The notes under the pieces were generated by a model that saw only the letters and a program-made list of their open reading frames with translations, made no database searches and was not told where the DNA came from. From positions 1,947 through 65,946 of the forward strand of contig DATJXN010000012.1 in assembly GCA_035500095.1 (NCBI GenBank): a DNA stretch of 64,000 bases, read 5' to 3'. Numbering within the stretch: position 1 is the first letter of the stretch; every line of letters starts with the position of its first letter. Position numbers and translations under genes: made by a program. Shown piece after piece: positions 20,697 to 29,169 of the stretch. Source of the DNA: Candidatus Binataceae bacterium (GTDB lineage Bacteria; Desulfobacterota; Binatia; Binatales; Binataceae).

Positions 20697-22487
20697 ATGG
20701 GCTTGTCGGCTGAGACCCGGGAAAAGATCCGCGCCGAGCAGGCGCGCTTTCCGAATCCGCGCGCCGCGCTGCTCGCGGCGATCTACCTCGCCCGCGACGA
20801 TTTGGGCGCGCTCGGCTCCGAGGCGTTCGCGGAGCTGGCGCCGCTCTTCGGGATGCGCCCCGCTGAAGTCGCCGAGGTCGCATCGTTCTATTCGCTCTTC
20901 AACCTGCCCCGCGCCGAGGCGGTTATTCAGGTCTGCACCAACCTGCCGTGCTGTCTCCGCGGCGCGCGCGGCGTGGTGCGCGACCTCGAGCATCGGCTCG
21001 GAATCAAGGCGGGCACTGCGACGCCCGACGGCCGCTTCGCGATCGCCGAAGTCGAATGTCTGGGGTCGTGCGCGACCGCGCCGGTGCTCCAGGTGAACCG
21101 CAATCCGTACCTGGAGAACGTGACCAGGGATTTCGCCGCGAGCCTGCTCGAATCGCCCGCGACGGCGCGGGCCGCGCGGCGGCCGGCGCCGATCATCTCG
21201 CGCGTTCCGGCGGGCGTCGACGCCTACCTGCTGCCGCCCGGCGCCGAGAAGCGGCTCACGCTGGACGAATACCGCGCGCACGGCGGCTTCGAGGCGGCGC
21301 CCAAGGCGGGCACGATGGCGCCCAAGGACCTCGCCGCGCTGGTCAAGGATTCCAACCTGCGCGGCCGCGGCGGCGCGGGCTTCGGCACCGGCCTCAAGTG
21401 GACGTTCATGCCGCCGCGTGACGCACGCCCGCGCTATCTCGCGGTCAACGCCGACGAAAGCGAGCCCGGCACCTTCAAGGACCGCCAGATCATGTCGCGC
21501 AATCCCTTCCTGCCGCTGGAGGGAATCATGATCGCGGGGATGGCGATGGAGTCCACGGCGGCCTTTGTCTACATCCGCGGCGAATACGTCGAGGAATTCG
21601 CCGCGATGAGCGCCGCGATCCGCGCGCTCTATGACGCAAAAATTCTCGGCGACAACGCGCTCGGCTTCAATCGCCGCTTCGACATCACGATCCAGCAGGG
21701 TGCGGGCGCCTATATCTGCGGCGAGGAGAGCGGGATGCTCGAGTCGATGGAGGGGCGCAAGGGCCAGCCGCGCAAACGCCCGCCCTTCCCCGCGCAGGCC
21801 GGACTCTGGGGCCAGCCGACCACCGTCGACAACGTCGAAACGCTCTCGCACGTGCCGGTGATCGTAACGCGCGGCGCACAGTGGTTCCTCGATGAAGGCG
21901 TGAAGAACGCCGCCGGACATACGCTGTTCGGCGTAAGCGGCCACGTCAACAATCCGGGAATTTTCGAGCTCCGGCTCGGCGTGAAGCTGCGCGACCTCAT
22001 CTATCAATACGCCGGCGGCGTGATTGGCGACCGCCCGATCAAGGCGGTGATTCCCGGCGGCGTCTCGATGCCGGTGCTGCGTGGAGATCAGATCGACGTC
22101 GCGATGGATCACGAATCGCTGCGCGCGGCCGGCACGCTTATCGGCACCGGCGGCGCGATCGTGATGGACGATCGCACCTGCATGGTGCGCGTGGCGCTGG
22201 TAGTCGCGCGCTTTTTCGAGCACGAGTCGTGCGGCCAGTGCACCCAGTGCCGCGAGGGCACCGGATGGACCTACCGGACGCTGCGCCGGATCGAAAGCGG
22301 CGGCGGCGAACCGCAGGACCTGCAAACCCTCGCCGACACCTTCGACTACATGGACGGCAAATGTATCTGTGCGCTCGCCGACGGCGCGTCGTGGGCCGCG
22401 CGCGCGTTCCTCAAACAGTTCCGCGCCGACTTCGAGGCCCATATCGCGGAGCATCGATGCCCCTTCCCGGAGAGCTTCGAGGTATGA
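20697..22487 (+). CDS. nuoEF: fused NADH-quinone oxidoreductase subunits E and F (single 596-aa polypeptide)
   Basis: N-terminal NuoE 2Fe-2S motifs CTNLPCC and CLGSCATAP. A roughly 30-aa linker follows, then NuoF motifs GRGGAGFGTGLKW, NADESEPGTFKD and ESCGQCTQCREG. There is no stop between the two modules. Confidence 0.9.
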   Translation: MGLSAETREKIRAEQARFPNPRAALLAAIYLARDDLGALGSEAFAELAPLFGMRPAEVAEVASFYSLFNLPRAEAVIQVCTNLPCCLRGARGVVRDLEHRLGIKAGTATPDGRFAIAEVECLGSCATAPVLQVNRNPYLENVTRDFAASLLESPATARAARRPAPIISRVPAGVDAYLLPPGAEKRLTLDEYRAHGGFEAAPKAGTMAPKDLAALVKDSNLRGRGGAGFGTGLKWTFMPPRDARPRYLAVNADESEPGTFKDRQIMSRNPFLPLEGIMIAGMAMESTAAFVYIRGEYVEEFAAMSAAIRALYDAKILGDNALGFNRRFDITIQQGAGAYICGEESGMLESMEGRKGQPRKRPPFPAQAGLWGQPTTVDNVETLSHVPVIVTRGAQWFLDEGVKNAAGHTLFGVSGHVNNPGIFELRLGVKLRDLIYQYAGGVIGDRPIKAVIPGGVSMPVLRGDQIDVAMDHESLRAAGTLIGTGGAIVMDDRTCMVRVALVVARFFEHESCGQCTQCREGTGWTYRTLRRIESGGGEPQDLQTLADTFDYMDGKCICALADGASWAARAFLKQFRADFEAHIAEHRCPFPESFEV

Positions 22488-22900
22488 GCGAGCACCGGCC
22501 GGCCCGCAACGCGATCGTCGCTATCCTGGGCACCCCCGACCGCACCGAGGGCAGCCTCGACGATCCGCGCGAGCGCGAGGAGAACGGCGTGCGCTTTAAC
22601 GAGAAGTGGATCTACACGCACCTTCGCCGCGACCCGGCGGGCGCCGCGATGCGCGCGGTTTACTGGATGCGCTACGACTTTAGCGGGACCGTCGTGCGCA
22701 ACAACGACGCCGAACCGTGGCGAGCCGACACCTCGCTGGTCGAGGCTGCGGCGAAACGCGACTCCCGCCTGCCGCCGCTCGATCCGGCGCATAATCCGCC
22801 GCTTGAGCCGAGCGCTAACTATCGCCCGGCGTCAGATTTTACCGGCGCGTCCCCGCTCGGGGGCGAACTCCAGGAAGAAAATCCCCGGAAAAAATCCTGA
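22484..22900 (+). CDS. hypothetical protein (138 aa), translationally coupled to nuoEF
   Basis: ATG 22484 overlaps the nuoEF TGA (22485-22487) as ATGA. High GC3 frame. I recognise no family (MSEHRPARNAIVAILGTPDRTEGSLDDPREREENGVRFNEKWIYTH...). Confidence 0.55.
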   Translation: MSEHRPARNAIVAILGTPDRTEGSLDDPREREENGVRFNEKWIYTHLRRDPAGAAMRAVYWMRYDFSGTVVRNNDAEPWRADTSLVEAAAKRDSRLPPLDPAHNPPLEPSANYRPASDFTGASPLGGELQEENPRKKS

Positions 22901-22956
22901 CGAAGGCGGCCGCCCTCGACGCGGGGCCCCTCGCGCCTCCGACCCCGGGTGTCGGC

Positions 22957-23865
22957 CTATTCATGGCTCTGCGGTGGATTGCCCTTCAGCCGATAGACGA
23001 TGCCGGTCTTGGTCGTGCCCAATGAAATCCAGTCGGCCGCGACCTCCTGCAGCCGGATGAAGAGGCGCCGCACGCGCTCCAGCGCCTTTTCGTGAAGATC
23101 GTCGCGGCGTTTGAACTTGCACTCGAACGAAAACTCGCCGACCAGCATTTTGTGGTCGCCGCGCTCGCGCCACAGTGCGGCATTGGACTTGGCTACGACG
23201 CCCTTGCCAAAGTCGAGCACGCCGAGATCCTGCAGCACCTCCTCGACGATCGTATGGTTCACCAGGTCGACCTTCTTGTTCGACTTTCTGAAACCAGCGA
23301 GCGCGGGAAAGAATTCCGCCAGCTCGCGGATGGACGTGCGGCCTACATCGCCGATCAGCTCAAATTCGGTGTTGTGCGAGTAGAGCAGGCGGTAGCCGCC
23401 CAGTTTCTCCTGAAGCGGCAGCGCTTCAGCCTTGAACTTGATCCGATAGTCACTCTGAATATTCGGACGCACGTCCATCTCGGCCGCCGTTTGAAGATCG
23501 GGATGGCGGAACTTGAAAACGATTTCCGGATTACCGACCGCAAAGCCGTCTTCATAGGAAATTCGGCGGCGCAGGATGAAGGAATTGTTGTAGAGGCTGA
23601 AATCCTTCGTGTCGAGGAAGACTACCTCACGGATGCGCGGCCGGGCGCCCTTGTAGTCCCGGGTTGAAAAACCGACCTCCAGTTCCTCGGCCGCGCGCCC
23701 GACGAGCTTGCCGAATTCATGGAAGGTCGGCGGAGAAGTGAAGCGCTCCGGTTTCAGGATCAGCTTGCTCTCGAGATAGTGCACGGTGTCGAGCGGATGC
23801 CCGTCACTGTACGCGCCCGGCTTGAGGGTCGGGGGTTCCTGCTGCTGTACGCCTTTGCCAGCCAT
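22957..23865 (-). CDS. CYTH-like (triphosphate tunnel metalloenzyme fold) domain protein
   Basis: 302 aa. The pattern fits CYTH: LESKLIL (ExK-type first strand), REVVFLDTKDFSLYNNSFILRRR (the xDTYFDTxxxxLxxxxxxLRIR block), and alternating charged strands IVFKFR, RIKFKAE, VGEFSFECKF. This is a motif-level call only. Confidence 0.5.
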   Translation of the reverse strand: MAGKGVQQQEPPTLKPGAYSDGHPLDTVHYLESKLILKPERFTSPPTFHEFGKLVGRAAEELEVGFSTRDYKGARPRIREVVFLDTKDFSLYNNSFILRRRISYEDGFAVGNPEIVFKFRHPDLQTAAEMDVRPNIQSDYRIKFKAEALPLQEKLGGYRLLYSHNTEFELIGDVGRTSIRELAEFFPALAGFRKSNKKVDLVNHTIVEEVLQDLGVLDFGKGVVAKSNAALWRERGDHKMLVGEFSFECKFKRRDDLHEKALERVRRLFIRLQEVAADWISLGTTKTGIVYRLKGNPPQSHE

Positions 23866-23903
23866 AGATGCTTTTTGCGCCGGCTATCCGCGCGCCGCGG
23901 AGC

Positions 23904-24848
23904 TCAGATGCCGAACGCCTCGCGCATCGCCGCGGCCGCCTCGAGGATCGACTGGCGGCCCTTGTCCACGACCGGCGCCATCCCGGTAAACGCGTGCGTC
24001 ACCCCCTCATAGCGCGTGCATCGCGCCGCGACGCCTGCGCGCTTCAGACGAGCGGCGTACTCCTCGGCTTCGTCGCGGAGCGGATCGTATTCGGCGGTGA
24101 CGATCAGCGCCGACGGGAGACCGTTTAAGTCCTTGGCCGCACCGGGGCAGCAATAAGGATTGGCGCGATCGCGCTCGGAGGAGAGGTAGCAGTTCCAGAA
24201 CCATTCCATGTCGGCGCGCGACAGCAGATAGTAGCTGCCGCTCGAGTACTCGCGATGCGACGCCGTTTCCAGCTCGGCGTCGGTCGCCGGATACCATAGC
24301 ACCTGGAATCCGATACGCGGGCCGCGCCGGTCGCGCGCCATCAGTGCGACCGCGGCGGCCAGCGTGCCGCCTGCGCTGGTGCCGGCGACGGCGAGACGCG
24401 AGGGATCCGTCCCGAGCGCCACCGCGTTGTCGGCGACCCATACCGTAGCCGCGTAGCAATCGTCGGGGCCGGCGGGGAACCGATGCTCCGGCGCGAGCCG
24501 GTAATCGACCGACACCACAACGCATCGCGCCGCATTGGTCAGTATCCGGCATATGACGTCGTGCGTGTCGAGATCGCCGGCGACCCATCCGCCGCCATGG
24601 AAAAAAACCACCGCCGGAAAGCCCCCGTTGCCGCCCGGACGATAGATGCGGACGGGAATCTCGCCTGCGGGACCGGGGATGCGCCGATCCTCGACGCGCG
24701 CGACGGTCTCTCGCGCACCGGAACTTGCGCCGGCGCGGATCGCCTCGCGCACTTTCTCGATGCCCAGGGTGTGAAACGCCGGGCCGCCCACGGCCGCGGC
24801 CTTATCGAGTATCGTCTTCATCTGCGGGTCGAGTGGCATTGCCAGCAA
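23904..24848 (-). CDS. alpha/beta hydrolase, hormone-sensitive-lipase-type esterase
   Basis: HGGGW oxyanion motif (VVFFHGGGWVAG), nucleophile elbow GTSAGG, DPLRDE and THAF. Confidence 0.88.
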   Translation of the reverse strand: MLAMPLDPQMKTILDKAAAVGGPAFHTLGIEKVREAIRAGASSGARETVARVEDRRIPGPAGEIPVRIYRPGGNGGFPAVVFFHGGGWVAGDLDTHDVICRILTNAARCVVVSVDYRLAPEHRFPAGPDDCYAATVWVADNAVALGTDPSRLAVAGTSAGGTLAAAVALMARDRRGPRIGFQVLWYPATDAELETASHREYSSGSYYLLSRADMEWFWNCYLSSERDRANPYCCPGAAKDLNGLPSALIVTAEYDPLRDEAEEYAARLKRAGVAARCTRYEGVTHAFTGMAPVVDKGRQSILEAAAAMREAFGI

Positions 24849-24864
24849 CCTCCGCGGGCCGCGC

Positions 24865-25803
24865 TTACTTCGCGAGTGCAGCCTTGAGCGCCGCGCCCAT
24901 GTCCGCGATCGACTTGCGTCCTTCGTCCAGCATCGCCCCCATCAGCACGAACCCGTGCGTGACGCCTTCGTAGCGGATGCACTCGGCCTTGACGCCCGCC
25001 TCCTGCAAGCGCGCCGCGTAGGTCTCGCCCTCGTCGCGCAGCGGATCGAAGCCGGCGGTCACCACCAGCGCGGGCGGCAATCCGCGCAGACTGCCCGCCT
25101 CGGCCGGGCTCGCGTATGGGTTCTCCTCGTCCTTGTCGCTATTGAGATAATGGCCCCAGAACCAGACCATGTCTTTCTTGGACAGAATGTAGCCGTCTTC
25201 CAGGAACTGCTGTTGCGACGGGGTATCGAGGCGGGCGTCCGTGGCGGGATAGATAAGGAGCTGGAACGCGAGCTTCGGCCCGCTACGGTCCCGCGCCATC
25301 AGCGCGACCACCGCGGCGAGATTTCCGCCCGCGCTGTCGCCGCCGACCGCCACCCGCACCGGGTCGCCGCCGATCGACGCGGCGTTCTCCGCGGCCCACT
25401 TGGTCGCCGCGTAGCAGTCTTCCGGCCCGGCGGGGAATTTATGCTCCGGCGCAAGCCGATAGTCGACCGACATCACCACGCATCCCGAGGCTTTGCAGAG
25501 CGAGCGGCAGAACGAATCCCACGATTCGAGCGCGCCGACCACCCATCCGCCGCCGTGAAAATAAACCAGGATCGGAAACGGCGCTTTGCCTTCGGGAGTA
25601 TAAAGCTGCACCGGAATTTGCCCGCCGGGCCCGGGGATGCTGCGTCGTTCGGACTTGGCGACTTTCTCCGGATTTACGTTGAAGGGCTCGAGCATCGCCG
25701 CGATCGCTTCTCGCGCCGCGGCCGGCGTCATCGTATGAAAGGGCTGGGCGCCGGAGGCGGCGGCTTGATCGAGAATGGCCTTCATCTGGGGATGCAGTTG
25801 CAT
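24865..25803 (-). CDS. alpha/beta hydrolase, HSL-type esterase (tandem paralogue)
   Basis: LVYFHGGGWVVG, GDSAGG, DPLRDE, THGF. Collinear with the neighbouring esterase along its full length. Confidence 0.88.
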   Translation of the reverse strand: MQLHPQMKAILDQAAASGAQPFHTMTPAAAREAIAAMLEPFNVNPEKVAKSERRSIPGPGGQIPVQLYTPEGKAPFPILVYFHGGGWVVGALESWDSFCRSLCKASGCVVMSVDYRLAPEHKFPAGPEDCYAATKWAAENAASIGGDPVRVAVGGDSAGGNLAAVVALMARDRSGPKLAFQLLIYPATDARLDTPSQQQFLEDGYILSKKDMVWFWGHYLNSDKDEENPYASPAEAGSLRGLPPALVVTAGFDPLRDEGETYAARLQEAGVKAECIRYEGVTHGFVLMGAMLDEGRKSIADMGAALKAALAK

Positions 25804-25942
25804 GGGATTGGCTCCTTGACGTTGAGTTTAATCGCGCCTGGAACTACTGCGAAGGCGACAATAGCGCAAGTCGCGCGCGCGGCCCAAGCGAGGCATTCGC
25901 GAGGCCCGCTTACGAGGCCTGCGCGCGCGGCCCGGATCGGCG

Positions 25943-27463
25943 TCAGCGCCGCCACGCGAGCAGGCGGGTGAGCAGGCGCTTTCGCGAAGGCGTTAGGCGC
26001 GTGCGATTGTATGCGTCGGCGATCTTTTTGATCACCTCGGCCTGCGTGGGATACGGATGAATCACGCCGGCTATCCGCCTAAGACCGATTCCTGAAGCGA
26101 TCGCGAGCGTCAACTCGGAGATCGTCTCGCCCGCGTGCGCCGCGACGATCGTTGCGCCGACGATTAGGTCGGTGCCCTCGCGCACATGGACCTTGGCCAT
26201 CCCCGCGGTCTCGCCGTCGAGCACCGCGCGGTCCACAGCGCCCATCTCCTGCGCGAACGTCCGTATGGCGGCGCCGCGCGCGGCCGCTTCTGCTTCGGTG
26301 AGCCCGACGTGGGCAATCTCCGGATCGGTGTAGATGCACCAGGGGACGGTGAGGCGGCTTGCGCGGTCGCGTCCGAAGAAGAGCGCATTGCGAATCACGA
26401 TGCGGGCGTGCGCGTCGCTCAGATGCGTGAACTGAAGCGATGAGCACACGTCGCCGGCGGCAAAGATCCGCGGGTTGCTGGTTTGCAAATAGTCGTTGAC
26501 GTGCACGCCGGTCTTGCGATCGTACTCGACGCCGGCGGCCTCGAGGTCCAGTCCTTCGACATTGGGCGCGCGCCCCGCGGTCACCAGGATTTCATCGACT
26601 TCGATCTCGCGGTTGGCGCCCTGATGCTCGAGGCGCACGATCCGGCCCGCCGCGCCCTGCCCGACGCTCGTTACCTTGCATCCGGCAAGCAATTCGACGC
26701 CGTCACCAATGATCGCGCGCTCGACGATCGCGGCCGCATCGCGGTCCTCGCGCGGCAGAATCCGCTCCAGCGCTTCGAGCAGCCATACTTCCGAACCGAA
26801 GCGGCGGAACGTCTGTGCGAGTTCGCATCCGATCGGACCCGCGCCGATTACCGCTAGCCGCCGCGGCAGCTCGGTCAGCGAAAAGACCGTCTCGTTGGTG
26901 AGAAACCCGCTCTCGGCGAGTCCCGGAATCGGCGGGGCGGCCGGACGCGCGCCCGTCGCGACAAGGGCGCGGCTGAAGTTGAGCCGCTTGCCGCCGACTT
27001 CCGCCGCATCGCGTCCGACGAATCCGCCATCACCAAAGAAAACGTCAACGCCGAGACTCTTGAAGCGCGCGGCCGAGTCATTCGCGCTCAATTCCGCGCG
27101 CAATCGGCGCATCCGCTCCATCACGGCGCCGAACTCCACCGCGGGCGGCGCCTTCGGTGCGATCCCGTATTCCAGCGCGCGGCCTATTGTGGCGCGCCCG
27201 CGCGCCGCGCGTATCAGAGCCTTCGACGGGACGCATCCGTAGTTCAGACAGTCGCCGCCCATCAGGCGGCGCTCGACCAGCGCGACCCGCGCGCCGAGTC
27301 CGGCGGCGCCGGCCGCGGCCACCAGCCCCGCCGTGCCCGCGCCGAGCACGACCAGATTGTAGCGCGCCGCGGGCTCGGGATTTATCCATCCCGCCGGATG
27401 GACGTTGGCGAGCAGCCGCGCGTCGTGCTCGTCGGGCGGTGCGAGGCGCGACGGGTCAGCCAT
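25943..27463 (-). CDS. FAD-dependent pyridine nucleotide-disulfide oxidoreductase (dihydrolipoamide dehydrogenase / mercuric-reductase-like class I)
   Basis: YNLVVLGAGTAGLVAAAGAA, the redox-active disulfide GGDCLNYGCVPSK, a second dinucleotide fold LAVIGAGPIGCE, and a C-terminal dimerisation domain. Confidence 0.85.
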   Translation of the reverse strand: MADPSRLAPPDEHDARLLANVHPAGWINPEPAARYNLVVLGAGTAGLVAAAGAAGLGARVALVERRLMGGDCLNYGCVPSKALIRAARGRATIGRALEYGIAPKAPPAVEFGAVMERMRRLRAELSANDSAARFKSLGVDVFFGDGGFVGRDAAEVGGKRLNFSRALVATGARPAAPPIPGLAESGFLTNETVFSLTELPRRLAVIGAGPIGCELAQTFRRFGSEVWLLEALERILPREDRDAAAIVERAIIGDGVELLAGCKVTSVGQGAAGRIVRLEHQGANREIEVDEILVTAGRAPNVEGLDLEAAGVEYDRKTGVHVNDYLQTSNPRIFAAGDVCSSLQFTHLSDAHARIVIRNALFFGRDRASRLTVPWCIYTDPEIAHVGLTEAEAAARGAAIRTFAQEMGAVDRAVLDGETAGMAKVHVREGTDLIVGATIVAAHAGETISELTLAIASGIGLRRIAGVIHPYPTQAEVIKKIADAYNRTRLTPSRKRLLTRLLAWRR

Positions 27464-27469
27464 CGCGGC

Positions 27470-27808
27470 TCACTCTTTGTGCTTGAAACTGTATGCGTGG
27501 AGCGGCCTGCAGACAGTTATTTCGAACTCGTCGTAAAAGGCCTGCCGTCCGCGCTCCTGGGCTTTACGATGCTCGGGATTCTCCCGCCACTCCGCGAGCG
27601 CCTCGGCCGACGCCCATTCGGTGACGCCGAGCATGTCGCCGTCATGACTTTTGTATTCGCGAAACGAGATGAAGCCGGGCATCGCATTCACGATCTTCAG
27701 CATCCGCTCGGCGGTCGTTTTGTACTCCTCGCGTTCGGCGGCGCTCAGGTCCCGCATCCGGAAGCGAAAGATGCTGATCACGCGGTTTGGATTCTTCTGC
27801 TCGGGCAT
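27470..27808 (-). CDS. antibiotic-biosynthesis-monooxygenase (ABM) domain protein
   Basis: 112 aa with ferredoxin-like ABM features (PGFISFREYKSHDGDMLGVTEWASAEALAEWRENPEH). Its stop lies 6 nt before the start of the next gene. Confidence 0.7.
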   Translation of the reverse strand: MPEQKNPNRVISIFRFRMRDLSAAEREEYKTTAERMLKIVNAMPGFISFREYKSHDGDMLGVTEWASAEALAEWRENPEHRKAQERGRQAFYDEFEITVCRPLHAYSFKHKE

Positions 27809-27847
27809 CGCTGTTTCCTTTCATCGCGAACGTCGCCGCTTGTCCGG

Positions 27848-29005
27848 TCACTCGCGCGCATCCAGGCCCATCCGCCGCGCGATGATCACCTTCATGATCT
27901 CGTTGGTGCCCGCGTAGATCGATTGCACCGCCGCGTCGGCATAGTCCGTCGCCACCGGAAACTCCATCATGAAGCCATAGCCGCCGTGGAGTTGCAGGCA
28001 CTGGCTGGATACGCGCTTGAGCAGTTCCGTGACCCACCATTTCGCCATGCTAACTTCGGTCACGATTTCATCTCCCCGTACGTGCGCCGCGAGCAGGCGG
28101 TCGACGAAGGCCTGCCCGACTTCGATCTCGGTCATCATCTCGGCGAGCTTGAATTGCGTGTTCTGAAACGACGCGATCGGCTGGCCGAAGGCCTTGCGCC
28201 CGCGGGTGTACTCGATCGTGTCCTCGAGACATCGCCGCGCGCTGGTAATCGCGCCGATCGCGGTGACCAGGCGCTCCTGCTGCAGCTTGTCCATCAGCAT
28301 CTTGAACCCGGTGCCCTCGCTGCCGAGCAGGTTGGTCACGGGCACGCGGCAATCCTCGAAGAACAGCTCGCTCGTGTCCTGTCCGCGAAAGCCCAGCTTG
28401 TCGAGCTTGCGCCCGCGCACGAATCCCGGCGCGTCGCCTTCGACCAGGACCAGGCTGACGCCGCGATGGGGCGGATCGGCCTTGGGGTCGGTCTTCACTA
28501 CCACGATAAACAGGTCGGCAATCTGGCCGTTGGAAATGAAAATCTTGGAGCCGTTGATGACGTAGCTGTCGCCGTCGCGACGCGCGGTGGTCTGGACCGC
28601 GGCGAGGTCGGAGCCGGTGCCCGGCTCGGTCATCGCGATTCCCAGGATCACGTCGCCGCTGATCGCCCCGGGAACCCATCGCCGCTTCTGCTCCTCGCTG
28701 CCGAAGCTCACCAGGTAGGGCAGGCAGATGTCCGAGTGCAGCCCCATCATCAGGCCGTGCGCGCGCACCCGCGCCAGCTCCTCGATCACGATCGCATCGT
28801 AGATAAAGTCGACGCCACCGCCGCCGTACTCGGCCGGCGCGTTGGGCGCGAGAAATCCGGCGGCGCCCAGTTTACGCCAGCTCTCGCGGTCGCTCATCCC
28901 GGCGCGGTTCCATCCGTCGATCTTCGGCACCAGCTCGGCCTCGACGAAGCGGCGCACCTGCGCCCGGAACATCTCGTGCTCTTCAGTGAAAACGTCGCGT
29001 CGCAT
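27848..29005 (-). CDS. acyl-CoA dehydrogenase
   Basis: Start at ATG 29005 (MRRDVFTEEHEMFRAQVRRFVE). The C-terminal QLHGGYGFMMEFPVATDYADAAVQSIYAGTNEIMKVIIAR is typical of ACADs. Confidence 0.9.
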   Translation of the reverse strand: MRRDVFTEEHEMFRAQVRRFVEAELVPKIDGWNRAGMSDRESWRKLGAAGFLAPNAPAEYGGGGVDFIYDAIVIEELARVRAHGLMMGLHSDICLPYLVSFGSEEQKRRWVPGAISGDVILGIAMTEPGTGSDLAAVQTTARRDGDSYVINGSKIFISNGQIADLFIVVVKTDPKADPPHRGVSLVLVEGDAPGFVRGRKLDKLGFRGQDTSELFFEDCRVPVTNLLGSEGTGFKMLMDKLQQERLVTAIGAITSARRCLEDTIEYTRGRKAFGQPIASFQNTQFKLAEMMTEIEVGQAFVDRLLAAHVRGDEIVTEVSMAKWWVTELLKRVSSQCLQLHGGYGFMMEFPVATDYADAAVQSIYAGTNEIMKVIIARRMGLDARE

Positions 29006-29169
29006 ATGGGGGTTGGCCTCGGGGCAAATCCTTGCACGGACGCGCCGGTGTTCCAACCGGAGGCGCCATCCGCCCCCGGCGCCCCTGAAGCCCGCGGCGA
29101 TCGTTTGTGCGCGAGGAAGCCGGCGCGCTAGATAAGATGAAACCGCTGCTCGCGTATCGGAGGATGGAG

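Noticed and set aside
20628-22454. 608-aa minus-strand ORF
   Set aside because: Antisense to the nuoEF fusion. No motifs and Arg-rich.
27398-29131. 577-aa plus-strand ORF
   Set aside because: Antisense to the ABM and acyl-CoA dehydrogenase genes.
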